Of a stretch of DNA of 48,842 nt, positions 27,389 through 38,762 are shown piece after piece. The position numbers were made by a program, and so were the translations under genes. Source of the stretch: Chromera velia (Eukaryota); the NCBI GenBank assembly GCA_018398765.1, contig JAHBMJ010000404.1:1-48842 (forward strand). Direction: 5' to 3'. The notes under the pieces were generated by a model. That model was not told the DNA's origin and did no database searches. It saw only the letters and a program-made list of their open reading frames with translations. Positions within the stretch are counted from its first letter, which is position 1. Every line of letters starts with the position of its first letter.

Positions 27389-30123
27389 GAGAGAGGGAGA
27401 GAGAGACAGAGAGTAATGAGACCCTCATCCTCCTGAAAGGTCTGAAAAGAGAAGAAGACAGGAAGGACGAAAGCGAAGCTGAGAAGAGGGGTGTTTGGGA
27501 GTGTCTGGCAGGCAAAGCGATCGATCCAAAAGAGAACGAACTTTGGGGGGGGTGCCTACCATTCGAGCTCTGCGAGTGTTCTGAGCAGCCTGCCGTCATG
27601 CAGGAGTCCCTGCCGGATCGCCGCTGTCTTCAGACACGCAGCCATCCCACAAGAGTGTTCTCTAAGGAGAGGAGTCTCCAGACAAGCAAGCACATCGAGC
27701 AACGCAACCAAAAGAAAGAGAACCAGGTTCCGTCGGGACACACCAAGAGAGTCCACAGGAACGTTCGAGCTCTCTTCCCCACCCTCACTGCTACCCCACG
27801 CATTGCTTCCAATGTCCCTCCGCGCCCCCCCTCCTTTAGCGTTAGACTTCTCAGACGCCGCCCCTTTCACCGTGCCATATGCCATGCAGGAGATTTCAAT
27901 GTAATGAGATGCAAGCAGAAGGAGGGCACGCGGCCCTTCTGAAACCACATGCTGCAACACAAAGGGGACCTTCCTCAATGGCCAGAGGGTTGAGAGAACC
28001 AGGTTCTCCAGATCAACTGCATTCTCGAACATCATTCCAACAAGACCCCCGCCAGACGATGCAGAAGAGGCTCTCCCGCCTCCCAGAACCCCTGCAGACA
28101 ACCTGCGCAGTGCGGCAAGTGAGGCGGAAAGAAATGCCGAAGTTTCACCGGCAAGGGATTCTCCCGCTCCCTCCTGTTCCTCCCCCTTTCCCTGTTGCGT
28201 AGCCGCGCTGGACCATCTGAACACCCGTCGGCCTGCTGAAGGCAGAGGCAACAATTCCCACGCACTGCCTTGTTTCCTCTGTAGAATGGACGTCAGAGAG
28301 GGACGGGATGCATCGAGGGAGTGTCGGACTGAACGGCGAATGTCCTGCAAAGACAAAAACACTCGAGCGAAGTCCCCTCCCTCGCATGTTCCATCCCCCT
28401 CCTCTTCCCCTAAACCGGAACAGCATGGTTTATCTGCTCCACACCTCAGGTGTTGCACTATCGTGCGATGTCTCTCCAATCTTGACGAGAAGGAAAGCTG
28501 GACGGCCTCTCGGGCTGAACGAATGGCGAGCTTGAGGAACAGAATAACGGGCGAGGCAGGAGCACCCTCAGGTTGATCTCTCAGCATGATGTCCTGAGAA
28601 CAAACAAAGAAAGAAAGATCAAGCAGCTCGGGGTCTCATGTGCTCTCCCTCGTGCAAATGTGTACATGCAGAGAGCAACAAACTGGGAGGCAACAACTGT
28701 TTGTGAAGTGTCTGGAATGAAGAGAAAGAAAAAGAAGAAGAGAAAGGAGGCCTTGATACAGACACATGAGAATAGAGTGAAAGAGAAGAGAAGAGAGGAA
28801 AAGACTGACCAGAGTATCCTGCAGCTTCTTTGCTCTCCGAGCGGTCTTCCTCAGGCACCAGAGAATAAAATCACTATCTTCATACTCAGCAATGGGCCCG
28901 AAAGAATCATTACTACTTCTCTTCCCTCTTCTCGTTCTCTTTTCTTTTTCGGAGTCTCCCACAGAGGCTCCTTCCTTTTCCTCTTCTTCTTCCTTCTCGC
29001 TTTCGTTTTCCTCGCTTCGCACCCCAATTGAACCCTCCTCTGAAGATTCTTCCCCCTCTTTCTGACTGTCTCCAGACTCTACACTGTTTTCCTCTTCTTC
29101 TGCTTCTTCCATTCCGTCTCCGTCTCCCTCTGTCTCGTCTTCCCCGTCCCTGCCTTCTTTGTTGTTGCCGTCCTCATTCCCTACACCGTCTTTTCCCTCA
29201 TCTTCTTTCTCATCATCCTCCCTTACTTCCCCCCACCCTGTAAGGACGCGAAGGTGGAGCAACAATTGCACGGCTTTGAAAACGGCATCGCCTTCTCTCC
29301 AGTCACCCCCTTTCCCTTTGGAGGCGCTTCTGTTCACTAAAAACAAATGAATCGCCTGCTTGACTGCGAAGTACACAGGGGGACGCCGAAGGGATTTGGA
29401 GAGGTGCTGCATTCCTCTGGGTGGCCGTGACCCTCTCCCCCCCCCCTCGACTGCAGTCGGGACTTCACAGAGTTTCTTCTCAACTGAGACAAACGGGGAC
29501 GGAGCCGCGGCCTCCGGGCCTCCTTCGACTAAAGTCGCCCCCGCCAGAAGAGGCAGCAGAAACTCCGTTACAATCGGAGCGTATCCGGTTGGGGCCGTAT
29601 CGCTCTTCTCTGAAGTGGTGGCCGTCTCTCGCAAGAGTTCGTTGGCTAGAGAGCACACTCGCAGGGCGGTCTGCTGGCCGTCTCCTCCACTTTCTGCCAT
29701 GGAGAACGACTCTGACGGGCAAAGGGCGCGCACTCTCCCACAATCCAGAAGCTCAGGCACGAGAGGCACGCGGAGAGGGAAAGCTGCGACATGTCCCCCT
29801 CCCCCCCCGTCCGTCTGAAGGTAGAGGACCAAGTTCAGATGGTCGAACAAGATCAACCGAACTCTATCTCCGTCTCCATTCCCTTTGTCTTCAGAGGACC
29901 CTGACACGACCGCCGGTGACCCCTTACCGTCGTCCGAAGTCCACAGACTCAAAGACCTCCACAAATCTTGAACAAGGTTGCCGCAAGCCTCTGGAATTTC
30001 AGCGGCACTCAGGACTTCTCTGTAGGTCGAGACGAGACACTTGAGGGACTCTGCAGTCTCCAGATGGAATTGGAGTGCCGTGTCCGGACGAAAGAATACT
30101 GCATCCCTCAACAGATACTCCAT
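13266..30123 (-). CDS. Giant DUF6606-DUF3638-DUF3645 family protein with SecA-like SF2 P-loop ATPase core, ~4,403 aa, 12 exons
   Basis: Exons 30123-28810, 28593-27560, 27297-27021, 26745-25606, 25095-22212, 21934-21845, 21476-21037, 20445-20137, 19851-17621, 17312-16715, 16536-15331, 14954-13266; all introns GT-AG and phase-consistent, 13,212 nt total. Motifs recognised from memory of the family: LLLEVENDLLIRPAQ, QMEPGEGKT, FIDETDEVL (DUF3638); RWRVQYG...LAVPFAAKDRP...FGHP (DUF3645); GFSGTNN, YLDEAHCRGTDL, KLLQTCLRLRLL, EEEQEREMETEVE. N-terminal IVTEFLLPLL / RRPPVYFAVKQAI / KTARRAKKL resembles DUF6606. Small exons and the start are less certain. Confidence 0.85.
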
Positions 30124-30510
30124 TTTGCAGACAGGTCTAAGAATGTTGATCACTAGACGATACGGACGTCCCTGCTGAGTGCGTGAAGGTCCTCTACCAC
30201 TCAATTAGACATTCAAGTGGACAAGTGGAGACGTCTTCCTGAAAGGAGACGGAAACTTGAACCACGAAGAGCTCGGCGAAAGTGTTGGCAGGTGCACGCA
30301 GGAATACGCAAACGAACTCAAGAAGGAAAGTGAACGGAAATGCCAATATTGCAACGACTGCCCAGGCGAGACTGAATCCAGTTCCCTTCGTCTTCATATG
30401 TTAAAGTACGTATTGAAGAGCACCATGCAGACTGAATCGCGGAACCCGGCATGCTGCATGGCCGCGGGCCTTATATACACAGGCGGCCGGGGCCCTTTGG
30501 AAAGCGAAGC

Positions 30511-31490
30511 GGGGACGCGAAACACCGTAAATCAGTTGTCGTAACTTGAATATCCAATGAAAGAACTGAAGTGTCGTGAAGGTTCTGCCCTGCATCCCCT
30601 CTGTCTCTTTTCTCTCTCCTTTGTTTGTCCATCCTGTGGAGAAGCCGCGATTGATAAGCTGTATTGAAGTGACCGTTTCTTGTTCTAGGACGGAACAAAT
30701 CGACAAACTAGGCTAGATCCACCTCTCATATATGGGGACGCAGCATACATGATAAAACCCTCAATCATCATCAGAATATAGAAATTTTAAGTTTTTCTTA
30801 TTTATTAAAACATAATTTTCAGTTTATTTTACTTTATCTGCCAGTGCCATGGGGGGGGGACGCGGCATGCATAACAAAAACCTCAATCTGCCAGTGTCGG
30901 GGCTATTGCAGCGGCGCAGGCACCGAAGGACACTGACGGCGATTAGGAGTAAATGGAGAACCTAAGTTTTGAAGCTAAACTTCTAGACTGAACAGAATTC
31001 AATGTATGAATATGTTATGCGCATGTGTGGAGCGTTTATGCCTTCATGCGTCTGCCCAGATATGGTATGCCTTGAAACGAATCGATCCGATTGGCATGCA
31101 GGCTTCCCCATCCCCTCCCACCATGAATGCGTACTCTGGGTTGTCCCTAGAGGTTGTCCTCAAAGCCTTATTAGTAGCTTAGGATTTGGCATCGCTATCT
31201 AGGATTTAACACTTAATCATCATCATCATCATTTAAATTATTATTAATACTTTATCTGTCAGTCAGTCAGTATAAGCTGGTCTTTCACTAAATCAGTGGT
31301 CGAATTAAAAAAGTGAATGCGGCCGAACAGGCCCGAAGGTGATTGCCTTGACTTTAATACCACAATATGATTTTCTATTTTTTTTAATTCATTCCGAATA
31401 TTTCGCCACCCAAGGTGAGGGACGCGAAACACCGTAAATTAGTTGTCGTAACTTGAATATAGAAATTTTGAGTTTTTCTTATTTAATTTT
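30511..31490. repeat. Cluster of dispersed-repeat fragments upstream of the giant gene
   Basis: GGGACGCGAAACACCGTAAAT(C/T)AGTTGTCGTAACTTGAATAT at ~30512 and ~31418. 30702-30769 matches the reverse complement of 42371-42438; a partial third copy lies at ~30857. Confidence 0.75.
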
Positions 31491-31799
31491 CAATTCATTT
31501 TACTTTATAAAATTACGTGTCGGTTGTAAAACAACACCCGTAAAATGTTGTAAATGAAGCAGAGTCATCACAGGAACTCATACACATTTCAAACCGGGTG
31601 ACAAACCATGACAGGACTGAATCAAGGTACGTTGCGGCAAGTGTCTTCTCAATGGCAAACAGAAGACTGATGAGAACAAGAGAAGGAGGTATTGCCATTT
31701 GCCAGCAACGCTTGCAACACGTATGCAACACTGCATGAGGCTGACAGACAAGCAGAGCGACAGTCAGGTGTAGGCGGCTAACCGAGCTGGGTAGGCAGA

Positions 31800-31844
31800 G
31801 AGACAGACAACCAGACAGACAGATAGATAGATAGATAGAGATAG

Positions 31845-31893
<49 letters not shown>

Positions 31894-32322
31894 GGCAGAC
31901 TGAGTCAGGTACATAAACACATAAGCAGATGAGAGGTAGCCTGAGGTGGGCAAGCAGCTAGACATACAGACAGAGCGGTCAGGCAGGTGGGAGGCAGAGC
32001 AGAACTGCGAGGCATCTACCCATCCACCCACCTACCAACACATCCATTCATACATTTATCCATCCATCGATCCATCGATATATCCATCCATCCACTTATC
32101 CATCCACTCATCCATCCACTTATTCATCCACTTATCCATCCATCTATCCATCCATCCATCCATTCATCCATCTATCCATCCATTCACTCATCCATCCATC
32201 CATTCCTGTCTGACTGCCTGACTGTCTGGCAGTGCTTTCATGCGTGCGTGCGTATGTGACTGCCTGCATCACTCACTCAGTCACTCCCTCACTCACTCAC
32301 TCTTTCTCTTTCTCTTTCTCTT

Positions 32323-32363
<41 letters not shown>

Positions 32364-32432
32364 TACAAACACACACACACACACGCACATATACACTCGC
32401 ATACACACATACACCCACTCGCACACACACAC
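31800..32432. repeat. Compound microsatellite (AGAT)n/(GA)n/(CCAT)n/(CT)n/(CA)n
   Basis: Directly visible tandem runs. Confidence 0.9.
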
Positions 32433-35269
32433 GCATGGCATCAAAAAAGTCGACCAGGAACAAAGTCTCCGCCGTCTCCTGCCTAGTCTCCTGCCGTCTC
32501 CATTTTCTTCTGCCGTCTGTTCCCGCAAGCCCCTTGCTGTGCCCCTCCCTGCATCGCCTTCTTGCCCACTCCTCTTCATCTTTTTCTTTCGTTTCTTCTC
32601 CTTCTCCTCCTCTGCCTGCAGATACGATATAGGTACACAGGGAAGAGAGCGACCTTTGGTGGTCAGTGTCTGTTTACAGTCAGTGAAGACAAACCGGGGG
32701 AGCGAGGGAGAGAGTCAGGTCGATCTTTCTATTCATAAAGACCATGTTGAAATTCTGGTACCATGACTGCTGTGTGCACCAACATTTGTGTTAACACTTT
32801 CTGACTGTCTTTTTTCACTTTGGCCTGACTTACATATGTCGCTTTCTATGTCTAAATGCATAAAGACACACAGCTAGGTGGAAGAAGTCAGTCAGCGGGA
32901 TCTTTCTCTCCACAGAGATACGTTTTAAGCGTCGAAAAATGAATCGAAGTCGCATGAAGATGTCTGTGGGCGGTTTTGAGTCAACTTGTCTGCAGGTCTC
33001 CCAGTTGAACTTATGTGTCTGCCTGTCTGACTATGAGGATGAACGCACTCCCTGGCCGTCTCCCTATCTCCTGACCTGTGTGCTGCCAAACGAGAAGCTT
33101 CCAGACGACAAGGTTGTGCATATACACATCTCTGCAGGCAGGGAGCACAGACAGGGGTGCTGGTCAGTGCGGGAGGCGCTGTGCATGAAGCGGAGAGGGA
33201 GACAGACAGTTCACAGACTGGCCATCTCCAGAGAGACTGCTTCCGAGGTCGGGTTGACTGCTCAAAGGAGACAGATCCAGAAAGACCGAAAGCAAGAAAT
33301 GACAGAGTTTGAAATAGCGGATCTGGTAGTGATGTTTGTTTATACTCTTCCACTATGACAACTGTCAGAAAGACGTTTCTTGAAACTTCATTGTTTTCAG
33401 TCTTTTTTGATCCGTGTCCCCAAGATAGGTCGGAACCATTTCTTCCGACACCTCCTCGACACTCGAGGCGGTGGTTGCCCGGCCAGTGCCGCTAGTAGTG
33501 CCGGCGACTGTGCCGCCAGATGACTGTGAGGTTGAAGAAGAACCAGAGGTCTGGAGTGTCTCATTGTTCCGTTTTCGAGCAGCTGTAAACATACAGCAAC
33601 AGGGGGACAGACAAGCACAACAAGCAGAGAGGCCCAGAGGATGAGTTTTCGGTCACTGATAAGCAATAGCGTCCACAGCTTACGCGTTTAGGAATCAACA
33701 GTTGTTTTACCTCACGTTCACTTATCCCTAGCTTACCTTCTATATATGTCGGAGTGCAGTTGGAAGGCAAATTGCTGGTAGACTTTGTTTTTTATCATCA
33801 GCTTCGGATTTCCAATATCAGAGAAGACGTCTGTCTATAGCAAGTAGGTGTTACGGTTTGCACCCTGGAGGACCATCTGCTGAAACTGCAGGGGGTTCAA
33901 CATCTCAAGCATGCAGGCAAAAAAGAAAAGGAAGTGTTGCGCGGCTGAGACGCCAAGCGGCTGGAGGGATGAAACAATGAGAATGTACAAGTGAAACGCA
34001 GACAGCTTGCTTCAGGACGCTTCTACTTCAAACGGCGAAGTACAATGCACGGCAAAATGAAAGAATCCTGTTCGTTTATATACGCTTCTGTATGCTGGAT
34101 CTGACCTGTTTTGTGGAAGTTTACGCATGCATGCAGGTATGCAGGATATTTTTTTTGCATGGACATTTCTGTGGGAGTATATTTGGGGGTATGCCGGGGC
34201 CCTGAATAATGAGTTCCATGCGTGCGTCGATTTCAAGTTGGGATACAGCGGATTCAAACCTCCTCGCACACATACTAACAGTTAGATACAAAACACCTTT
34301 TTTGAACTATGAATATTGAGTGAACAAGAGCTCTGTCTTGCTAGCTTTATCAATTCAATTGTCTTTTCTACCAAAATGACTGGTTATAATTAAAAGTTCG
34401 AGTTTTATTGATTAAAAAAAAATAAAATATAAAAAACTTAGAAACACTATACATAATCTTATATATTACTTATAGGTTGCAAAATAAGGGTCTATCATTT
34501 AATAATCTGCCTTGTGTGTTGTGACTTGCCGAACGCTAGACGCCTATTATGGGCCGATAGCGATGGCGTATGATGATGATGATGATTACTTATAGTATGG
34601 TTAATTGATCATTCAAGTATTTTTTGAAGCAAGTATTTGAAATATATAGAATGATATGTGCATTGTTATCTATGTTAGCTAAATGAGGTCAAAAAAATGT
34701 GTTGTGGTAGCGGACATGCCTTCAAAGCGATAATGTAAAACGTACCCCAATTTTGGTACAAAGTAGGACAAAGGGAGACCTGAGGCACAGAGATGCTTAC
34801 AAACATGAAATAGGTAGTCCAAACTAGTCGACACTAGTCGACAGACAGTTATGAAAGAGACGGCCGGTACAGAAGTAACAGAGAGCGAAATGGAACACAA
34901 AATGTAAGACAGATATGGTCCTGAAGAAAAGGGGTAGACAGACACTAGGCTAGACATTAGGACAGACATGAGGGAGTCAAAGAGGCAGGCATGACGGAGA
35001 AGAGCGGACAGACAAGAAGGAAAATAGCAGACAGACATGAGGAAGGCAGGCAGGCAAATAAAAGAGAAAAGGCAGACAAAGAAAAGGGAGAAACGTACTG
35101 AAACATGAGGAAGGAAGGCAGGAAAACGCAGGGAAACAGAAGGTAGCGAAGCACGAAAAGACGAGAAAGAGGGCAGCAGACGCGGCTCGGAGAGAGATAG
35201 AAAAAAGTGAGAAAGGAAGGCAGGCAAACACTGCCAGGCAAGAAGGAGATCGACAGCTAGGCAAGAAGA

Positions 35270-35810
35270 ATGATGGAGGTAAAGAGGTGAGGGCAGATAG
35301 ATAAACGAAAAGAGATGGGGGCACTCTCTGAGACGGATGGAGGTAAAGAGATGAGAGAAGATGAATGAACGAAAAGAGATGGAGGCAGACGGATGGAGAA
35401 AAAGAGATGGAGGCAGATGGATGGAGGTAAAGAGGTGAGGGCAGATGGATGAACGAAAAGAGATGTGGGCAAACGGATGGAGGAAAAGAGAAGGAGGCAC
35501 TGCCAGACAGATGGAGGCAAAGAGGTGGGGGCAGACGGATGGAAGAAAAGAGATCAGGGCAGACGGATGGAGAAAAAGAGATGAGGGCAGATGGATGAAC
35601 GAAAAGAGATGGGGGCAGACGGATGGAGAAAAGGAAATGAGGGCAGATGGATGAACGAAAAGAGATGGGGGCAGACGGATGGAGGTAAAGAGGTGAGGGC
35701 AGACGGATGGAAGAAAAGAGATGAGGGCAGATGGATGGAGGCAAAGAGATGAGAGCAGACGGATGAAGGAAAAGAGATGGGGGCAGATGGATGGAGGCAA
35801 AGAGATGAGA
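35270..35810. repeat. 28-bp minisatellite, roughly 19 diverged copies
   Basis: Consensus approximately GGGCAGAYGGATGGAGAAAAAGAGATGA; GCAGA recurs at 35531, 35559, 35587, 35615 and 35643. Confidence 0.9.
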
Positions 35811-35933
35811 TGCAATGAAGAAATTTAAAGCGAGCTGTGTAAATGAGGAGAGGGAAGGCGAGCTATATGAATGGGGTGAGGAAAGACGAGCTGGCAAAAA
35901 GATGCAAAAAGTTGAACTGGCGTTACGTAAGTG

Positions 35934-36737
35934 TCATCGCGTCGCTCCGTGTTGTTCCTGCGTGAAAGTGCTCATATCCGCTCTTTTATGAGGCCTTTGG
36001 CAATACGGAAGGCTGGCTTGACGTTTCAGGCTGTCCGCCTTCCGCGCCCGAGAAATGTACTTGTGGACCCTGCAATAAAACTTCCCGTCCTTATCCGGAT
36101 TTGGAACAGCAACATCCGGGCAAGAAAATGGATATCCATAAACATACTCACACTTGGGAGCCTTTGTTGACCCAGATAGTGTGAGTTCGCGGCAGGCCCG
36201 GCGTTCCAGGTTCTTCACCTTCTGTGCCTGAGGAATGTACTTATGGTACTTGCAGTAGAATTTTCCGTCTCCCGCAGGTCTTGCCAAAGCAGCTGTCTGG
36301 CAGGGCGCCCACTCTCCATGTGAGAACGGGTACTCACAACGTCGAGCTTCAAATGCCTCAGGTCGCCTCTTCTTCAGGTGGAGTCCAACATGGGGTGCAT
36401 CTGGGAGACCAAGAGAGCCCAAGACTTCTGAACGGCATTTCAAATTAGTCTCCTTTCGGGCTTGTGGAATATACTTATGCTTCCGACAGTAGAACCCTCC
36501 GTCTGCAGCAGGTTTGGGAACAGCTGGAACTTTACAAGAAGACCTGCCATATGCGAAAGGGAATTGGCAAGCCAGAGGGGATGGGCACGCTACCCTTGGC
36601 TTTTGGTACTTATGGCTTCTGCAATAAAACTTTCCGTCGGCTGCAGCAGGTTCCACTATTCTTTCCTCACACCTCGCGGGATCTGACGCAAGCAAGCTTG
36701 CGAACGGCCCCGGAAACAGGCTCTCTAGAGCAGCCAT
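35934..36737 (-). CDS. Protein (or exon) with four tandem C3H zinc-finger-like repeats
   Basis: Uninterrupted frame, first ATG at 36737 (267 aa). Four copies of C-x(15)-C-x2-H ending in DG(K/G)FYCxxHKY; three are preceded by C(Q/E)(F/Y). Confidence 0.65.
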   Translation of the reverse strand: MAALESLFPGPFASLLASDPARCEERIVEPAAADGKFYCRSHKYQKPRVACPSPLACQFPFAYGRSSCKVPAVPKPAADGGFYCRKHKYIPQARKETNLKCRSEVLGSLGLPDAPHVGLHLKKRRPEAFEARRCEYPFSHGEWAPCQTAALARPAGDGKFYCKYHKYIPQAQKVKNLERRACRELTLSGSTKAPKCEYVYGYPFSCPDVAVPNPDKDGKFYCRVHKYISRARKADSLKRQASLPYCQRPHKRADMSTFTQEQHGATR

Positions 36738-37081
36738 TGTTAGCACCGCGGTTCCCTCCAGGCCCCTCCGCGGCGGCGCCCCCTCCCATTTAATTGGGAC
36801 ATAGCCCCATATACCGTTAAAACGGTTTTTTCTGCACGCCGTAGGCGCCACAAATTTTTTTTTAAGGTGTTTCAATGATAAATTTGATTAATTGCTGATC
36901 AATTTGGTTCAACTTACCTCAGAAAAGGTAAAGACCGGAATAATTACGCCGCGGTTCCCCCCTTTCTTCAAGGTTTTACAACCGCGGCACGCCACAGAGC
37001 GCCCGAAGCAGCGGTGCACCCTTTGGGCACTCCGTAGCACCGCGGCGTTTGACCGTAAACGCCGCGGTGTCTAGAAAGCCT
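36718..37081. mobile_element. Short non-autonomous element with 12-bp TIRs and a subterminal GC hairpin
   Basis: AGGCTCTCTAGA ... TCTAGAAAGCCT (11/12). Perfect 13-bp stem at 37038-37069. The segment is absent from the paralogous sequence at 38485-38650, and related ends occur at ~43193 and ~43885-43918. Confidence 0.55.
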
Positions 37082-37267
37082 ACCTGGAAATAAAAAAAAA
37101 TGAGAACTGACATGATTGACGCACGCCGGCCAGTCGACCGTACCTAGTTACACCGACTCCTCCCCCCNNNNNNNNNNNNNNNNNNNNNNNNNNNCGCGGG
37201 AAAAGCTGCGGAACTCCCTCCCCCCCCTCCAGAAAAAAAGCTTGGGGGTAACTACCCCCTTGTCCCT

Positions 37268-37748
37268 ATCGACTCCTTAAACTGAGGCTACAGAAGTTTA
37301 GAATAGTCTTGAACGTTATTGCAAAAGTTTGGAGTATGCTTTGATATAAGTGGTTCGGAACTTCGGAGGATGCTGCAGCCGAAAACCGCAAAATGTCGAT
37401 GTGACGAAGTTGCCGTGGCACAGCGACGTCAACGTGTAATTAAGATATGCACGTCTCGAGCCGCCTGCGATATTGACGTATGGCATTGTATGCATAGATA
37501 TATACTTTGCGTACGTATACGTATGTGCGTTTCGAGCTATTCCAAGCATTTCTACGTACTTGTACAAACTGTTGGAGAAAGACTAACTGTCAGATTTTAG
37601 TAGTTTTGCAAGCACTCTTTCTCGTCTTATACAGGTTTTTCGTCAAATGCATCTACAGTATCATAATCGATCGCAATCGATCTTCTTCTTTTGTTGTTGC
37701 TGACGTCTCTTCTTCCTCAGACTCTTCTTCTTCTTCCTCTGCAGCTTC
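37268..37748 (-). pseudogene. Degraded reading frame with acidic tract
   Basis: One frame EAAEEEEEESEEEE...RKVYIYAYNAIRQYRRRLETCIS*LHVDVAVPRQLRHIDILRF... with three internal stops in ~160 codons. Family not recognised. Confidence 0.25.
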
Positions 37749-38762
37749 ATGATAGCTTTTATTATCTTTTTTTCTGTATATTGCAGAGAGCCAATAAAAT
37801 ATAAAAACAGAAGCAAAAAACAGATTAAAGTGTTACCAAGCCAGCTCGGGCTCTGTATGTTGCTGCGCGTAAGAGAAAGACCTTCAAATTTGAACATCAT
37901 TCACATTTTTAAGAATGATCGAAGCCCTCAATGAGAGTGATGACGACATTTAAGTAGAAAAAATTATAGAAGACAAGGTGTAACAAGGTGTGGTTATACT
38001 GTGGTATTAAACAGGGGACTCACACAAAATACCCCCCCNNNNNNNNNNNNNNNNNNNNNNNNNNNNNNNNNNNNNNNNNNNNNNNNNNNNNNNNNNNNNN
38101 NNNNNNNNNNNNNNNNNNNNNNNNNNNNNNNNNNNNNNNNNNNNNNNNNNNNNNNNNNNNNNNNNNNNNNNNNNNNNNNNNNNNNNNNNNNNNNCCCCCC
38201 CTTCCAGCCCTCTTATGCAACGCCGTTGCATAAGGTATTTTGTATGAGCCCCCACACTAGTAAAAATTAATTTAGTGCAGAACTTTGGAATAGACTTGAA
38301 TTTTATAGATGAAAAGCGCAGAACTTAGGCTGAACTTGAATCTCCTAAAAAATTTTAGTCGATAGTGACAAGGGGGTAAGGGTAACCTAAAACCTATCTG
38401 ATGCACGCACGGTGCAAATCAGCCATTCGGGGCCAGGTTTTTGGTGAAAGACACTGCATGTATGCCTGCATGCATGGGCTGGAGTATCTGACGTAAGCAA
38501 GCTTGCGAACGGCCCCAAAAAGCAAGAAAAATAAGAACTGCACGATTGACGTACGCCGGCCAGCCGACTGGGTGATCGTATCAATCCTTCCCCCCCTGCG
38601 GGAAAAGCCGCAGAACCCTCCCTTCCCTAGGAAAAAAAAAGCCTGGGGGATAGGGGTTTAGAATTGCTATCACAACATCCTATGAAGGGGCGTTGTCGGT
38701 TTTGCGTCTATATAGCGCCTCGGGGAAGGGGCGTTGGCCTCCGGCTGACGGCTATATACAAC

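Noticed and set aside
13266..30123. Calling the giant protein a ubiquitin hydrolase, as automated annotations of this family often do
   Set aside because: I could not identify a deubiquitinase catalytic motif; only ATPase motifs are supported.
13290..30156. Many plus-strand and alternate-frame ORFs over the giant gene
   Set aside because: Shadow ORFs of GC-rich coding sequence; conserved motifs and splice phases all lie in the minus-strand model.
32939..33770. 139-aa plus ORF and Ser/Thr-rich minus fragments with splice-like sites
   Set aside because: No consistent spliced model or recognisable domain; stops in all upstream frames tested.
34679..35897. 378-aa and 306-aa repetitive ORFs; possible CRISPR-like array
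   Set aside because: Products of a 28-bp tandem minisatellite (period not a multiple of 3); no unique spacers, no cas genes, eukaryotic context.
37038..37075. Canonical Helitron 3' end
   Set aside because: The hairpin abuts CTAG without the usual spacer, is followed by A rather than T, and the CTAG is part of a TIR; kept only as an unclassified element.
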